Below are positions 1-9,579 of a stretch of DNA of 64,000 bases, in pieces (positions within the stretch are counted from its first letter, which is position 1; every line of letters starts with the position of its first letter). Source of the DNA: an uncultured Gemmatimonadales bacterium (lineage in GTDB: Bacteria; Gemmatimonadota; Gemmatimonadetes; Longimicrobiales; Longimicrobiaceae); the NCBI GenBank assembly GCA_963716255.1, contig OY970303.1:7904001-7968000 (forward strand), written 5' to 3'. The notes under the pieces were generated by a model. It was not told where the DNA came from. It saw only the letters and a list, made by a program, of their open reading frames with translations, and searched no databases. The position numbers and the translations under genes are program-made.

Positions 1-2
1 GG

Positions 3-1316
3 GCGCGGGAGGCGTTCGGCTTCCGGCCGGGCGAGGTGTCGCTGGTGCTGGCGTCGCCGGCGTTCGACATCTGGGCGTTCGAGGCGCTGCTGCCGCTGAC
101 GCTGGGGGGCACCGCGCGCATCCTCCCCCGCGAGGACGTGCGCGACGTGGCGCGCCTGGCCGCCGAGGTGGAGCGGGCGGACGCGCTGCACGCGGTCCCG
201 GCGCTGATGCGCGAGCTTGCGCGGGCGGCGCGGGAGGGGCGCGCGGACTTCGCGCGGGTGCGCAGGGTGTTCGTGGGCGGCGACGCGGTGCCGCCGGAGC
301 TGCTGCGGGAGGTGCGGGAGGCCTTCCCCGCGGCGGAGGCGAGCGTGCTCTACGGGCCCACGGAGGACACCATCATCTGCGCCGCGCACGCCGTGCGCGG
401 GGACGGCGGCTCGGCGCGGGCGATGCTGGGGGTGCCGCTGCCGGGGGCGTGGCTGTGCGTGTGCGACGCGGCGGGCGGGGTGGTCCCGCCGGGGATGCCG
501 GGCGAACTGTGGATCGGCGGGGCGGGGACCGCGCGCGGCTACCTGGGGAGACCCGAGCTGACGGCGGAGAGGTTCGTCCCGGACGCGCTCTCCGGCCGGG
601 CGGGGGCGCGGCTGTACCGCACCGGGGACCGGGCGCGCTGGCTCCCGGACGGCACGCTGGAGTTCCTGGGCCGCGTGGACCGGCAGGTCAAGGTGCGCGG
701 CTTCCGCATCGAGCCGGGCGAGGTGGAGGCGGCGCTGGAGCGCCACCCCGCCGTGCGCGCCGCCGCCGTCGTGGTGCGCGAGGACCGCCCCGGCGACCGC
801 CGCCTCGTGGCCTACCTGGCGGCGGACGCCGCCGTGTCCCCGGACGAATTGCGGGAGCTGGCGCGCGCCACGCTCCCGGACTACATGGTGCCCGCGGCCT
901 GGGTGGTGCTGGACGCGCTCCCCCTGACCCCCACCGGCAAGCTGGACCGGCGCGCCCTCCCCGCGCCCGACGCGCCGGCCGCGGACGACGGCGCGGAGCC
1001 GCGGACGGAGCTGGAGCGCGCCGTCGCGGCGGTGTGGGCGGAGGTGCTGGGGGTGCCGGCGGTGGGAACCGGCGCGAGCTTCTTCGACCTGGGCGGCAAC
1101 TCGCTCCTGGTGGTGCGCGCCGCCGCCCGCCTGGAAGCGGAGCTGGACCGGCCGGTTCCGGCGCTGGACCTCTTCCAGCACCCCAGCGTCGCCGCCCTCG
1201 CCCGCCACCTCGCGGGCGCGGAAGACGCACAGCCCGCCGCGCCCGCCGGGCCCGACCGCTCCGACAGGCTCGCCGCGGGGAAGGGGCGCCTGGGCCGGCT
1301 GCGGAACCGCAAGTAA
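3..1316 (+). CDS. NRPS, C-terminal part (A domain + PCP, no thioesterase); 5' end lies outside the window
   Basis: A-domain motifs FDIWAFE, LYGPTE, GELWIGG..ARGY, LYRTGD, GRVDRQVKVRGFRIEPGEVE, LTPTGKLDR; PCP motif FFDLGGNSL; frame open from position 3. Confidence 0.95.
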   Translation, partial: AREAFGFRPGEVSLVLASPAFDIWAFEALLPLTLGGTARILPREDVRDVARLAAEVERADALHAVPALMRELARAAREGRADFARVRRVFVGGDAVPPELLREVREAFPAAEASVLYGPTEDTIICAAHAVRGDGGSARAMLGVPLPGAWLCVCDAAGGVVPPGMPGELWIGGAGTARGYLGRPELTAERFVPDALSGRAGARLYRTGDRARWLPDGTLEFLGRVDRQVKVRGFRIEPGEVEAALERHPAVRAAAVVVREDRPGDRRLVAYLAADAAVSPDELRELARATLPDYMVPAAWVVLDALPLTPTGKLDRRALPAPDAPAADDGAEPRTELERAVAAVWAEVLGVPAVGTGASFFDLGGNSLLVVRAAARLEAELDRPVPALDLFQHPSVAALARHLAGAEDAQPAAPAGPDRSDRLAAGKGRLGRLRNRK

Positions 1317-1365
1317 GCGGAAGGATAGCCGGCCCCACGCCCGCCGCGGACGCCAGCGCGATGCC

Positions 1366-1493
1366 CGCGTGAGGGATTTCGGCCCGGAGGGGCGAGACCC
1401 GCGGGCAGTTTCGCGGGGCTCGACTCCGTTGGGCTGCGTTGTTTGCAGCCCTACGGAGCCGAAGCCCGACCCCGCGCCAGCGGGGGCACGCCC
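1366..1493 (-). repeat. Structured intergenic repeat, core module A, copy 1 (strand given for the GGGCGTGCCC...CCCTCACGCG reading)
   Basis: cgcgtgagggatttcggccc...ctcgactccgtt-GGGCTGC-gttgttt-GCAGCCC-tacggagccgaagcccgacccc...cacgccc; recurs 11 times in the window. Confidence 0.95.
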
Positions 1494-1518
1494 GAACCCG
1501 GCCGTCGCCCCGGCCGTT

Positions 1519-2127
1519 TCAAACCGGAGCCGGCCCGACGACCGCCTCCTCGACGGGCACCTCCCCGACCGGAACCGGCACCTCCTCCCTGGCGGAAACG
1601 GACTCCACCTCCTCGACGAGGGTGAGGTTGGCGCGCCCGGCCGCGTCCACCCCCAGCCCGGCGCGCGTGACCCCGCTGCGGTCCGCGAACACCAGCGTCA
1701 TGGCGCCGTCCGGCGAGTAGCCGAGCACCGCCCGCGTGCGCCCGCCGCGGTCGGCGAACACCAGGCTGGTGGTCTGGTCGGGGAGCAGCCCCAGCGCCGC
1801 GCGCGAGCTGCCGCCCGCGTCGGCCAGCGACAGGCCGCTGGAGCCGTCCGCCAGGATCCCCAGCCTGACCTGCGTCCTGCCGCTGCCGCCCCGCAGCACC
1901 AGCTCCGTGGACCCCCCGTCCCCCAGCCGCCACTCGCCGCGCACCTCGCCGGTGGGCGCGCGCAGCACGAAGCGCTCCGCCTCCACCGTCCGGGCCCGCA
2001 CCGCGGAGCGCCCCGCGCCGGCCACCACCAGCACGGCCGCGCTCAGCCCCAGCGCCAGCGCGCACCCCACCAGCGCGAACTGGCCGAGGCGCCGGAGCCG
2101 CTGGTTCTCGCGCTCCACCCTTTCCAT
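1519..2127 (-). CDS. Membrane-anchored hypothetical protein with about 22-aa beta-repeat units (start may be the upstream GTG at 2241)
   Basis: MERVERENQRLRR coiled coil, a TM segment, VEAERFVLR, then repeated LxLxDxxGxxRAxLG units. Confidence 0.75.
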   Translation of the reverse strand: MERVERENQRLRRLGQFALVGCALALGLSAAVLVVAGAGRSAVRARTVEAERFVLRAPTGEVRGEWRLGDGGSTELVLRGGSGRTQVRLGILADGSSGLSLADAGGSSRAALGLLPDQTTSLVFADRGGRTRAVLGYSPDGAMTLVFADRSGVTRAGLGVDAAGRANLTLVEEVESVSAREEVPVPVGEVPVEEAVVGPAPV

Positions 2128-2278
2128 CCGCCGGCCCAGCACCTCCTCCAGGTCGCCCAGGCGCTCCCCGGGCGGGGGGACGAGCGAGCTGTCGCTGGTG
2201 CGCGCCGCGCGGCCGGAGGAGAGGCGGCCGGCGCGCCGCACCGCGGAGCGGAGGGCGGGCGACGGGCTGCGGCTGGCC

Positions 2279-3928
2279 ATGCTGGAAGCGTCGCCGCTCC
2301 CCCTGGTGGCGCTGGACCCCGCCGGCGGAGTCACGCACTGGAACACCGCCGCCGAGCGCGAGCTGGGGTGGAGCGCGGCGGAGGTGGCGGGGCGCCCGCT
2401 GCCGCTGGTGGCGCCCGCCCAGTGGGCGGACTTCCTCGCCTTCGTGGACGAAGCGCTGCGGACCGGCCGCGCCCCCCGGCTGGAGCTCCTGGGGCGCCGC
2501 GGGGACGGCGCCCCGGCCGAGGTGAGCCTCACCGGCGCCGCGTTCGCCGGGCCCGACGGCGCGCCCGCCGGCGTGGTCGCCGCCATCGTGGACGTCACCG
2601 AGCGGCGGGTGATGGACCGCGAGCGCGAGCAGCTCCTCATCCTGGAGCAGGCCGCCCGCGCCCGCGCCGAGCTGGCCGAGCGGCGGGCCACCGTGCTCGC
2701 CTACGCCAGCGAGCTGCTGCACGCGGCCTTCGACTCGGCCCCGGAAGAGCTGGGCGGGATCTTTTCCAGCCTGGCCCACCTGGCCGTCCCCACCCTGGCC
2801 GACTACTGCCGCATCGACGTGGTGCGGCCCGACGGCTCCGTGGAGCGGGCGGCGCTGGTGCACACCGGCCCCACCCGCCACGAGCCGGCCGTGCGCCTCC
2901 CGCCGGACGCGCCCTCCAGCGCCCACCCCGCGCTGCGGGCCGTGCGCACCGGCGAGCCGCTGCTCGTCCCCGAGGTGGCGCCCGCGCAGCTCCCCGAGCT
3001 CTTTTCCGGGCCCGGCGAGCTCAACTCCGTCCCCGAGCGGATGCGCTCCCTGCTCGTGGTGCCGCTGGGGGCGCGAGGGCGCACGGTGGGCGCGCTGACC
3101 ATGGCCACCGCCGGCTCGCGCCGCCGCTTCGGGCGCGACGACCTGGTGTTCGCGCTCGACCTGGCGCGGCGCATCGCCCTGGAGCTGGACAACGTGCGGC
3201 TCTTCCGCCAGGCCGAGACCTCGGCGCGGCTGCGCGACGAAGTGCTCGCCATCGTCTCGCACGACCTGCGCAACCCGCTGAGCGTGGTGAGCTTCGCCTC
3301 CGAGGCGCTGCTGCGCGCCTGGAGCGCCGAGCCCGAGCACGCGCCGGAGCGCCGGCAGCTGGAAGGGATCGCCCTGTCCGCCGAGCGGATGCGGCGGCTG
3401 ATCAACGACCTGCTGGACGTGGCGCGGGTGGACGCCGGCAGGCTGGCCGTGGACCCGGTCCCGGTCCCGGTGGGCCGCCTGGTCCTGGACGCGCTGGAGA
3501 TGTACGCCCACCTCGCCGAGGCCCGCGCCATCCTGACGCGCGTGCTCATCCCCGCCGAGTCGCCGCCCGTCCTCGCCGACCCCGACCGCGTCCTCCAGGT
3601 GCTTTCCAACCTCCTGGGGAACGCCATCCGGTTCACGCCGCGCGGCGGGGGGATCACCCTGGCCGCCGAGGTGGACGAGCGCGAGGTGCGCTTTTCCGTC
3701 GCCGACACCGGCCCGGGGATCGCGCCGGAGCACCTGCCCCACGTCTTCGACCGCTTCTGGCGCGCGCAGCGGGCGCGGCGCGGCGGAGCCGGGCTGGGGC
3801 TGGCCATCGCCCGCGGGCTGGTGGAGGCGCACGAAGGAAGGATCTGGGCCGAGAGCGTCCCGGGGGAGGGGAGCACCTTCACCTTCACCCTCCCGCGCGC
3901 CGACGTGGAGGCTGCCCCGGACGGATAA
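2279..3928 (+). CDS. PAS-GAF sensor histidine kinase
   Basis: PAS (WNTAAERELGW), GAF, H-box VSHDLRNPL, N-box NLLGNAIRF, DTGPGI, GAGLGLAI; start uncertain. Confidence 0.92.
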   Translation: MLEASPLPLVALDPAGGVTHWNTAAERELGWSAAEVAGRPLPLVAPAQWADFLAFVDEALRTGRAPRLELLGRRGDGAPAEVSLTGAAFAGPDGAPAGVVAAIVDVTERRVMDREREQLLILEQAARARAELAERRATVLAYASELLHAAFDSAPEELGGIFSSLAHLAVPTLADYCRIDVVRPDGSVERAALVHTGPTRHEPAVRLPPDAPSSAHPALRAVRTGEPLLVPEVAPAQLPELFSGPGELNSVPERMRSLLVVPLGARGRTVGALTMATAGSRRRFGRDDLVFALDLARRIALELDNVRLFRQAETSARLRDEVLAIVSHDLRNPLSVVSFASEALLRAWSAEPEHAPERRQLEGIALSAERMRRLINDLLDVARVDAGRLAVDPVPVPVGRLVLDALEMYAHLAEARAILTRVLIPAESPPVLADPDRVLQVLSNLLGNAIRFTPRGGGITLAAEVDEREVRFSVADTGPGIAPEHLPHVFDRFWRAQRARRGGAGLGLAIARGLVEAHEGRIWAESVPGEGSTFTFTLPRADVEAAPDG

Positions 3929-3949
3929 AGTGCTTCTTGCGGCCGGTTT

Positions 3950-4079
3950 GGGCGTGCCCCCGGCTGTCGCCGGGGTCGGGCTTCGGCTCCGTAAGCCCGC
4001 AGACAACGCGGGCTAACGGAGTCGAGCCCGCGCAAACAGCCGCGCGGTCTCGCCCCTTCGGGCCGAAATCCCTCACGCG
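3950..4079 (+). repeat. Structured repeat core A, copy 2
   Basis: gggcgtgcccc...ctccgta-AGCCCGC-agacaac-GCGGGCT-aacggag...atccctcacgcg. Confidence 0.95.
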
Positions 4080-4414
4080 GGCATCGCGCTGGCGTCCGCT
4101 GGGGCCCCCTCCCCCCGGCCCCGTACGGCGCGTTCGGCGCCCCGCCGAGCCTCGGCGGTCCCGATTCAGGCGGGTTCGGTACGAGCCGTTCCGGGACACG
4201 AGGGGGCACGCGGAGGATCCACAATCGGACCGCCTGGTAACGACACGATGCACGCCCGCCGCGGGACCGCGGTGGGCGTGCCCTGCGTATGTGGCGCGTC
4301 CGCAACGCCTTGTAGATCGCGCCCCGCGGCGGGGCGGCGGCACGCCCGGTGCAACGCATCCGCGGAAAACGCCGCCCGGCCGTCCACCCACTCCACCCGA
4401 CCAGGGCCTCCTCC

Positions 4415-6034
4415 ATGGCCACCGACGCCCTCCTCCACCTTCACCCGCACCCCTCGCATGCCCCGGTCCGCGCGCGCGGCGCCGACGAGCCGCTGGAAGC
4501 GCTGGCGCAGAGGATGGACGACCACGCCCTGATCGTGCTGGACCGGGCCGGGCGGGTGCGCGGCTGGAGCCCGGGGGCGGAGCGACTCAGCGGCTACACC
4601 CGCGACGAGGCGCTGGGGAGGCACGTGTCGGGGTTCTACCCGGCGGAGGACCTGCGCTCCGGCGCCCCCGGCCGCGAAGTGGAGGACGCGCTCTCCGGGC
4701 GGGTGGAGGTGGAGGGATGGTGGACGCGCAAGGACGGCACCCGCATGTGGGGCCGCCGGGTGCTTTCTCCGCTCCCCGGGCCGGGCGGCGAGGCCGAGGG
4801 GGTGGGAGTGGTGGTGTGCGACCTCACCGGCACCCAGGAGGCGCACCGCCGCCTGCACGAGCGCGAGGAGTGCTACCGCTCGCTCTTCGAGCACACCCCC
4901 GACGCGGTGTGCACCCTGGACGTGCACGGGCGGATCACCGGCGCCAACGCGGCGTGCGAGGCGGTCACCGGGCTGCGCGCGCGCGAGCTCCTGGGGCGCC
5001 CCTTCGAAGCCCTCGCCGAGCCCGGCGACCGCGAGCGGGTGCGGGAAGCGGCGGCGCGCTGCGCCCGCGGCGAGCCCCGGTCCACGGAGCTCGCGCTGCG
5101 CCGGCGGGGCGGGGGGCGGCTGGCGCTGGAGGCCACGCTGGTCCCCATCATCGTGGGCGGGCAGCCGGCCGGGGTGTTCGTGGTGGCGCGGGACGCCACC
5201 GGGCGCAGGCGCCGCGAAGCCGAGCAGCGCGCCGGCGAGGAGCGCTTCCGGCGGCTGGTGGAAGAGGGCTCGGCCGGCTTCTTCTACGACCTGGACGACG
5301 CCGGGCGCTTTCGCTACGTGTCGCCCGCCGCGGCCGCGGTGACCGGGTACGCCCCCGCAGACCTGGTGGGCCGCGGCTTCGCGGAAGCGCTGGACGCGGA
5401 GCCCGCGGCGGGGGGCGCCACCCCCGGCGGCGCGGGCGGCGAGGCCTTCACCGTGGCCGTGCGCACCTCCACCGGGGAATCGCGCTGGCTGGAAGTGGTG
5501 GAAAGCCGGGCCGCCGGGGAGGAGGGGGGGCGCCGGGGATTCGCGTGGGACGTGACCCGCCGGAGGGAGCTGGAACGGCATGCCCACGCGCTGGACGGGG
5601 GCTCCGCGGCGCTCCCCGACCGCGCGCTCTTCGGCGAGCGGGTGGCGCGCGCCATCCGGGTGTCCGCGCGCGACCCGGGCCGCATGCTCGCGGTGCTGGT
5701 GGTCGCCCCGGCCCCCGCCGACCCGGCCGGCGCGCACGCGGCGCCCGCCGAGGTCGCCGCCCGGCTGGAGCGCTGCCTGCGCCCCGGCGACACCGTGTGC
5801 TGGCTGGACGGCGCCGAGTTCGGGGTGCTGCTGGACGGGATCCGCGAGCCGGACGACGCCTTTCGCGTGGCCCGCCGCATCGAGGCCGCCCTGGAGGCAG
5901 AGGCGCCGCTCCCGGGCGGCGTCCGCGGGGCGGCCGTGGGGGTGGCGGTGAGCGCCGCCGGCCGCGAGACCGCGGACGAGCTGCTGCGCGGCGCCGGCGC
6001 CGCCCTGCAGGCCGCCCGCGCCCCGCGGGCGTAG
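4415..6034 (+). CDS. Triple-PAS protein with degenerate GGDEF domain
   Basis: Three PAS repeats; LPDRALF...LRPGDTVCWLDGAEFGVLL, with GGDEF replaced by DGAEF. Confidence 0.85.
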   Translation: MATDALLHLHPHPSHAPVRARGADEPLEALAQRMDDHALIVLDRAGRVRGWSPGAERLSGYTRDEALGRHVSGFYPAEDLRSGAPGREVEDALSGRVEVEGWWTRKDGTRMWGRRVLSPLPGPGGEAEGVGVVVCDLTGTQEAHRRLHEREECYRSLFEHTPDAVCTLDVHGRITGANAACEAVTGLRARELLGRPFEALAEPGDRERVREAAARCARGEPRSTELALRRRGGGRLALEATLVPIIVGGQPAGVFVVARDATGRRRREAEQRAGEERFRRLVEEGSAGFFYDLDDAGRFRYVSPAAAAVTGYAPADLVGRGFAEALDAEPAAGGATPGGAGGEAFTVAVRTSTGESRWLEVVESRAAGEEGGRRGFAWDVTRRRELERHAHALDGGSAALPDRALFGERVARAIRVSARDPGRMLAVLVVAPAPADPAGAHAAPAEVAARLERCLRPGDTVCWLDGAEFGVLLDGIREPDDAFRVARRIEAALEAEAPLPGGVRGAAVGVAVSAAGRETADELLRGAGAALQAARAPRA

Positions 6035-6114
6035 CCCGCCGGCACGCCCCTCGCGGTGCCCCCGGGGAGGCGCCGCCCGGGCGGCGGCGCACCGACCCTC
6101 CACCCGGGGCGCAC

Positions 6115-6981
6115 GTGCGGCCGATCCCCGTCCTCCTCAACCCGTCCGCGGGGAGCGCCGCCGCCGTCCGGCGCGCCCTGCGGGGCGACCCCCGCTTCGC
6201 GCCCCTGGACGCGCCGCCCGCGGCGCTTCCCGGGGCGCTGCTGCGCGCGGCGGCGGAGGGCGCGCCCCGCGTCGCCGTGGCCGGCGGCGACGGGAGCGTG
6301 GCGCTCGCCGCCGGCGCCGCGGTGCAGGCGGGGGTGGAGCTGGCGGTGCTCCCCGGGGGGACGCTCAACCACTTCGCCCGCCACCTGGGGATCCCGGACG
6401 CGCTCCCGGAGGCGCTGGAAGTGGCCGCGTCCGCGGGCGCGCGGCCGGTCACGGTGGGGAGCGTGGACGGGCGCGTCTTCGTCAACACCAGCTCGCTGGG
6501 CGCCTACGTGGACTTCGTCCGCGCGCGCGAGCGGCTGGAGCCGCGCGTGGGCCGCGGCGTGGCCACGCTCGCCGCGGGGGCCGAGACGCTGGCCCGCCTG
6601 CCGCGGCTGGACGTGCAGCTGGAGGTGGACGGCGGCACGCACCGCTTCGCGACGCCGCTGCTGTTCGTGGGGGTGGGAGAGCGCGCGCTGGCGCCGCTGG
6701 GGATCCAGCGGCGGGTGGAGGAGGGGTGGCCGGGGCTGCACGTGCTGGCGGTGCACACCGGCGGCGCCGCCGGGATGCTGGTGCGCGGGCTCGCCGCGGC
6801 GCGCGGCGGCGCCGAGGAGATCGAGAGTCTACCCGACGTCACCTCCTTCCTGGTGGACCGCTGCGTGGTGCGGCTCGCGGCCGGCGCCGCGGAGCTGGCC
6901 GTGGACGGCGAGATCCTTCCCGCGCGCCCCCCGCTGGAGTACCTGGCCCGCCGCGGCGCCCTGCTCGCGGTGGCGCCGTGA
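6115..6981 (+). CDS. Diacylglycerol/lipid kinase family protein (YegS/BmrU-like)
   Basis: LLNPSAG, VAGGDGSV, LPGGTLNHFARHLGIP, FVNTSSLG, VDGE; GTG start at 6115, the 3' end of the 1369..6981 shadow ORF. Confidence 0.9.
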   Translation: MRPIPVLLNPSAGSAAAVRRALRGDPRFAPLDAPPAALPGALLRAAAEGAPRVAVAGGDGSVALAAGAAVQAGVELAVLPGGTLNHFARHLGIPDALPEALEVAASAGARPVTVGSVDGRVFVNTSSLGAYVDFVRARERLEPRVGRGVATLAAGAETLARLPRLDVQLEVDGGTHRFATPLLFVGVGERALAPLGIQRRVEEGWPGLHVLAVHTGGAAGMLVRGLAAARGGAEEIESLPDVTSFLVDRCVVRLAAGAAELAVDGEILPARPPLEYLARRGALLAVAP

Positions 6982-7071
6982 AGCGTCCCCGGACGGGACG
7001 CTAGACCTAATCCCTCGCGGAGTTTAGCTTAGTCGTCGTTCGGCGCGGCAACTTCCCTCGGCGAGGAGCAC

Positions 7072-7611
7072 ATGGGGGCCCACACCCGTTTCCTGCAGCA
7101 CATCGAGACGGTCCACCAGGCCGGCGTCGCGGACCAGGCCGTAGAGCAGCTCTTCGAGCAGATCCGTGAGATGGCGCGCGAGCGCGACGCCGCGCTCTCC
7201 TCCATCGAGGAGTGGAAGACGCAGGCCGAGGACGCCGCCCGCCGCGCCGAGCGCGCCGCCCGGCAGATCGAGCTGTGGAAACAGCAGGTGGCCGAGCACA
7301 TCATGGACCTGGACCGGCGCCTCAAGGCGGCGGAGCAGGGGAGTGGCGTCCTCAAGCACCGCAACTGGTTCCTGGAAGGGACGCTGCGCGCCGTCTACGA
7401 GTGGTACGAGAACAACCCGCGGCAGCTCCCCGACACCCTGGCGATGCTCCTCACCGCCAGCCTCCTCCCCACCCAGACGGCGCCCTCCGGCGACCCGGAG
7501 CCGGAGCCCTCGTTCACCGCCCACCCCGGCAGCCGCCGCATCGGCCCGCCGCGGGGCGCGGCCGCCGCCGACCCCGACGGGGGTCACCGCTCCGCCCCCC
7601 CCGCGCATTGA
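7072..7611 (+). CDS. Hypothetical coiled-coil protein
   Basis: Protein-like composition, GAGGA RBS, candidate promoter TAGACC-17-TAGCTT at 7002-7030. Confidence 0.7.
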   Translation: MGAHTRFLQHIETVHQAGVADQAVEQLFEQIREMARERDAALSSIEEWKTQAEDAARRAERAARQIELWKQQVAEHIMDLDRRLKAAEQGSGVLKHRNWFLEGTLRAVYEWYENNPRQLPDTLAMLLTASLLPTQTAPSGDPEPEPSFTAHPGSRRIGPPRGAAAADPDGGHRSAPPAH

Positions 7612-7988
7612 GCGGCCGGGGCACCGCCGCGAGCACCCTGCTGCTGCTGGCGCTCGCCGCCTGCGGGCGGGACGACGGCGGCGGGGCGCGACACGCCCGC
7701 CCCGCCGCCGCCGCGATCCCCCCGGAGGTGCGGGCACAGGTGGACAGCGGCAACGCCGCCTACCGCGGCCGCGACTTCCGGGCGGCGCTCCGCCACTTCC
7801 GCGAGGCGGCGCGCCTGGACCCCGGCCAGGCCGTGGCCTGGTACGGCGTGCAGATGGCCGCCGACGCCCTGGGCGACCGCGCCGCCGCCGACTCCGCGGG
7901 CGCCCGGCTGCGCGCCCTCGCCCCCTCCGCCCCGCCCGCCGTGCACCACCCGGCCGCGCCCGCGCCCCCGCCCGGCGCGGCGACGTAG
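7608..7988 (+). CDS. TPR-containing lipoprotein
   Basis: Lipobox LALAAC; TPR-like GNAAYRGRDFRAALRHFREAARLDPGQAVAWYG; TTG start overlaps the upstream stop (TTGA). Confidence 0.75.
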   Translation: MSGRGTAASTLLLLALAACGRDDGGGARHARPAAAAIPPEVRAQVDSGNAAYRGRDFRAALRHFREAARLDPGQAVAWYGVQMAADALGDRAAADSAGARLRALAPSAPPAVHHPAAPAPPPGAAT

Positions 7989-8100
7989 CCGCACGGCCCG
8001 GCCGCGGCCGGCGTGCGCCTTGCTACGTAGAAAGCTGGATTGGCCCCCGGCGCCCGCGCGGGCCGCCGGGGCCGCGACCGCACCCCCATCCCACGCCGCC

Positions 8101-8745
8101 ATGGAGACGATCCCCGCATCCGCCATCAACCCATCGGCCGGGTCGTACCCGGTCACCTCCGACCCGCGGGAGCTGGAAGCCGCCCGCCGGGCGGGGAACG
8201 CTTCCGTGGCCGAGTTCCCGTACTACCTGGAGCGCTTCGGGGAGCGCGGCCGGATGTTCGGGGCAAGCGACGGCGCGTGGCTGGTGACGCTGTGCGAGTA
8301 CGGCGCCGAGCACGTGCGCGGGCAGGTGCTGTGGCTGGGGACGGTGCTCGCCTCGCGGGGAATGCCCCGCTGGCTGCTGGAGCGGCACCTGGCGGCGCTG
8401 CACGCCGAGCTGGTCCGCGCGGTCCCGGAGAACGCCGGCCGCTACGCCGTTCTCCTGGACGCCGCGGCACTGCTGCGCGGGCTGCGCCAGGCGCGCCTCG
8501 CCGACGAGGACTTCCGCGCCCTCGCCGACGGCTTCGCCGCCCGCGCGGAGCCCGCCCTGGTGCAGCGCATGCCCGCGATGGGCGCCATCCTCGCCGCCGC
8601 CGTGGCCGACGAGGCGGACGGCCTGGAGGGCGCGGTGCGGAGCGTGGAGGAGTGGGCCGCGAACCGCGCCGCCTTCCCCGAGAGCTGGACCTCCGCCGTG
8701 CGGGCCACCGTCGCGGAGGCCCGCGGGCGCATCCGCGAAGCGTGA
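8101..8745 (+). CDS. Conserved-looking hypothetical alpha-helical protein
   Basis: Protein-like sequence (FPYYLERFGERGRMFGASDGAWL, WLGTVLASRGMP) with high-GC codon bias. Confidence 0.75.
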   Translation: METIPASAINPSAGSYPVTSDPRELEAARRAGNASVAEFPYYLERFGERGRMFGASDGAWLVTLCEYGAEHVRGQVLWLGTVLASRGMPRWLLERHLAALHAELVRAVPENAGRYAVLLDAAALLRGLRQARLADEDFRALADGFAARAEPALVQRMPAMGAILAAAVADEADGLEGAVRSVEEWAANRAAFPESWTSAVRATVAEARGRIREA

Positions 8746-8767
8746 CGCGCCGCCGGCATCGCGGCGC

Positions 8768-9490
8768 TCACCCGGCTCCCGCCGCCGGCGGCACGCCGCG
8801 GAGGTAGGCCCGCCGCAGCGGCTCGGGAAAGCGCTCGATGGCGTAGCGCAGCATGGTGCGCGGCATCTCCCGGCAGTGCTCCCGCAGGAACGCCTCCAGC
8901 GCCGCCCGGTCGCGCTTTCCCACCTCGCGCAGCATCCACCCCACCGCCTTGTGGATCAGGTCGTGCCGGTCGCGCAGGAGGAGCGCGGCCACGCGTAGCG
9001 TGTCCGCGAACTCGCCGCGCCGGATGAAGTGGAGGGTCGCAATGATGGCGATGCGCCGCTCCCACAGCGACTCCGACGCGGCGAGCCGGTCCAGCAGCGA
9101 GCGGTCGCCCCCGCGCAGGTGCGCGCCGACGATGTCCCCGGCGGAGCTGTCCACCAGGTCCCAGTTGTCGATGTGCCGCGTGTGGGCCATGTACAGCTCG
9201 AAGACGCGTCCGCGCAGCGCGTCGTCGCCCCTGCCGTAGGCGCCCACGAGGAGGAGCAGCGCGAGCAGCCGCTCCTCGTGCACCGGCGAGCGCAGCAGCT
9301 CCGCCGCGTCCTCCAGCGGAAGCGCCCGGAATTCCTTCGCCAGCCTGCGGAGGGCGGGCACGCGCACCCCGATGAACACGTCCCCCTCGCCGTACTCGCC
9401 GGGCCCGGTCCTGAAATAGCGCAGGGCACCCAGCGCATCCTGCGGACTGGCGTGCTCGCGGAGGCGGGCGCGGACGTGGTCGAGCGTCAT
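8768..9490 (-). CDS. DNA alkylation repair protein (AlkD-like)
   Basis: YFRTGPGEYGEGDVFIGV, IDNWDLVD, DLIHKAVGWMLRE, MPRTMLRYAIE. Confidence 0.92.
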   Translation of the reverse strand: MTLDHVRARLREHASPQDALGALRYFRTGPGEYGEGDVFIGVRVPALRRLAKEFRALPLEDAAELLRSPVHEERLLALLLLVGAYGRGDDALRGRVFELYMAHTRHIDNWDLVDSSAGDIVGAHLRGGDRSLLDRLAASESLWERRIAIIATLHFIRRGEFADTLRVAALLLRDRHDLIHKAVGWMLREVGKRDRAALEAFLREHCREMPRTMLRYAIERFPEPLRRAYLRGVPPAAGAG

Positions 9491-9579
9491 GGGAGCGGCG
9501 TGGATCTGGATGGGTTGGAGGAACCACGGGGGCGCCGGAAGCTGCGGCGGGGAATGGGGGCTGGGCAAGGCCGGCGTCC

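Noticed and set aside
1369..6981. 1870-aa ORF and other very long Arg/Pro/Gly/Ala-rich ORFs (22591..27546, 24456..27941, 42076..46122, 42078..46025, 60149..63817)
   Set aside because: Shadow frames caused by stop-codon scarcity at high GC; they overlap well-supported genes. Only 6115-6981 of the first is a real gene.
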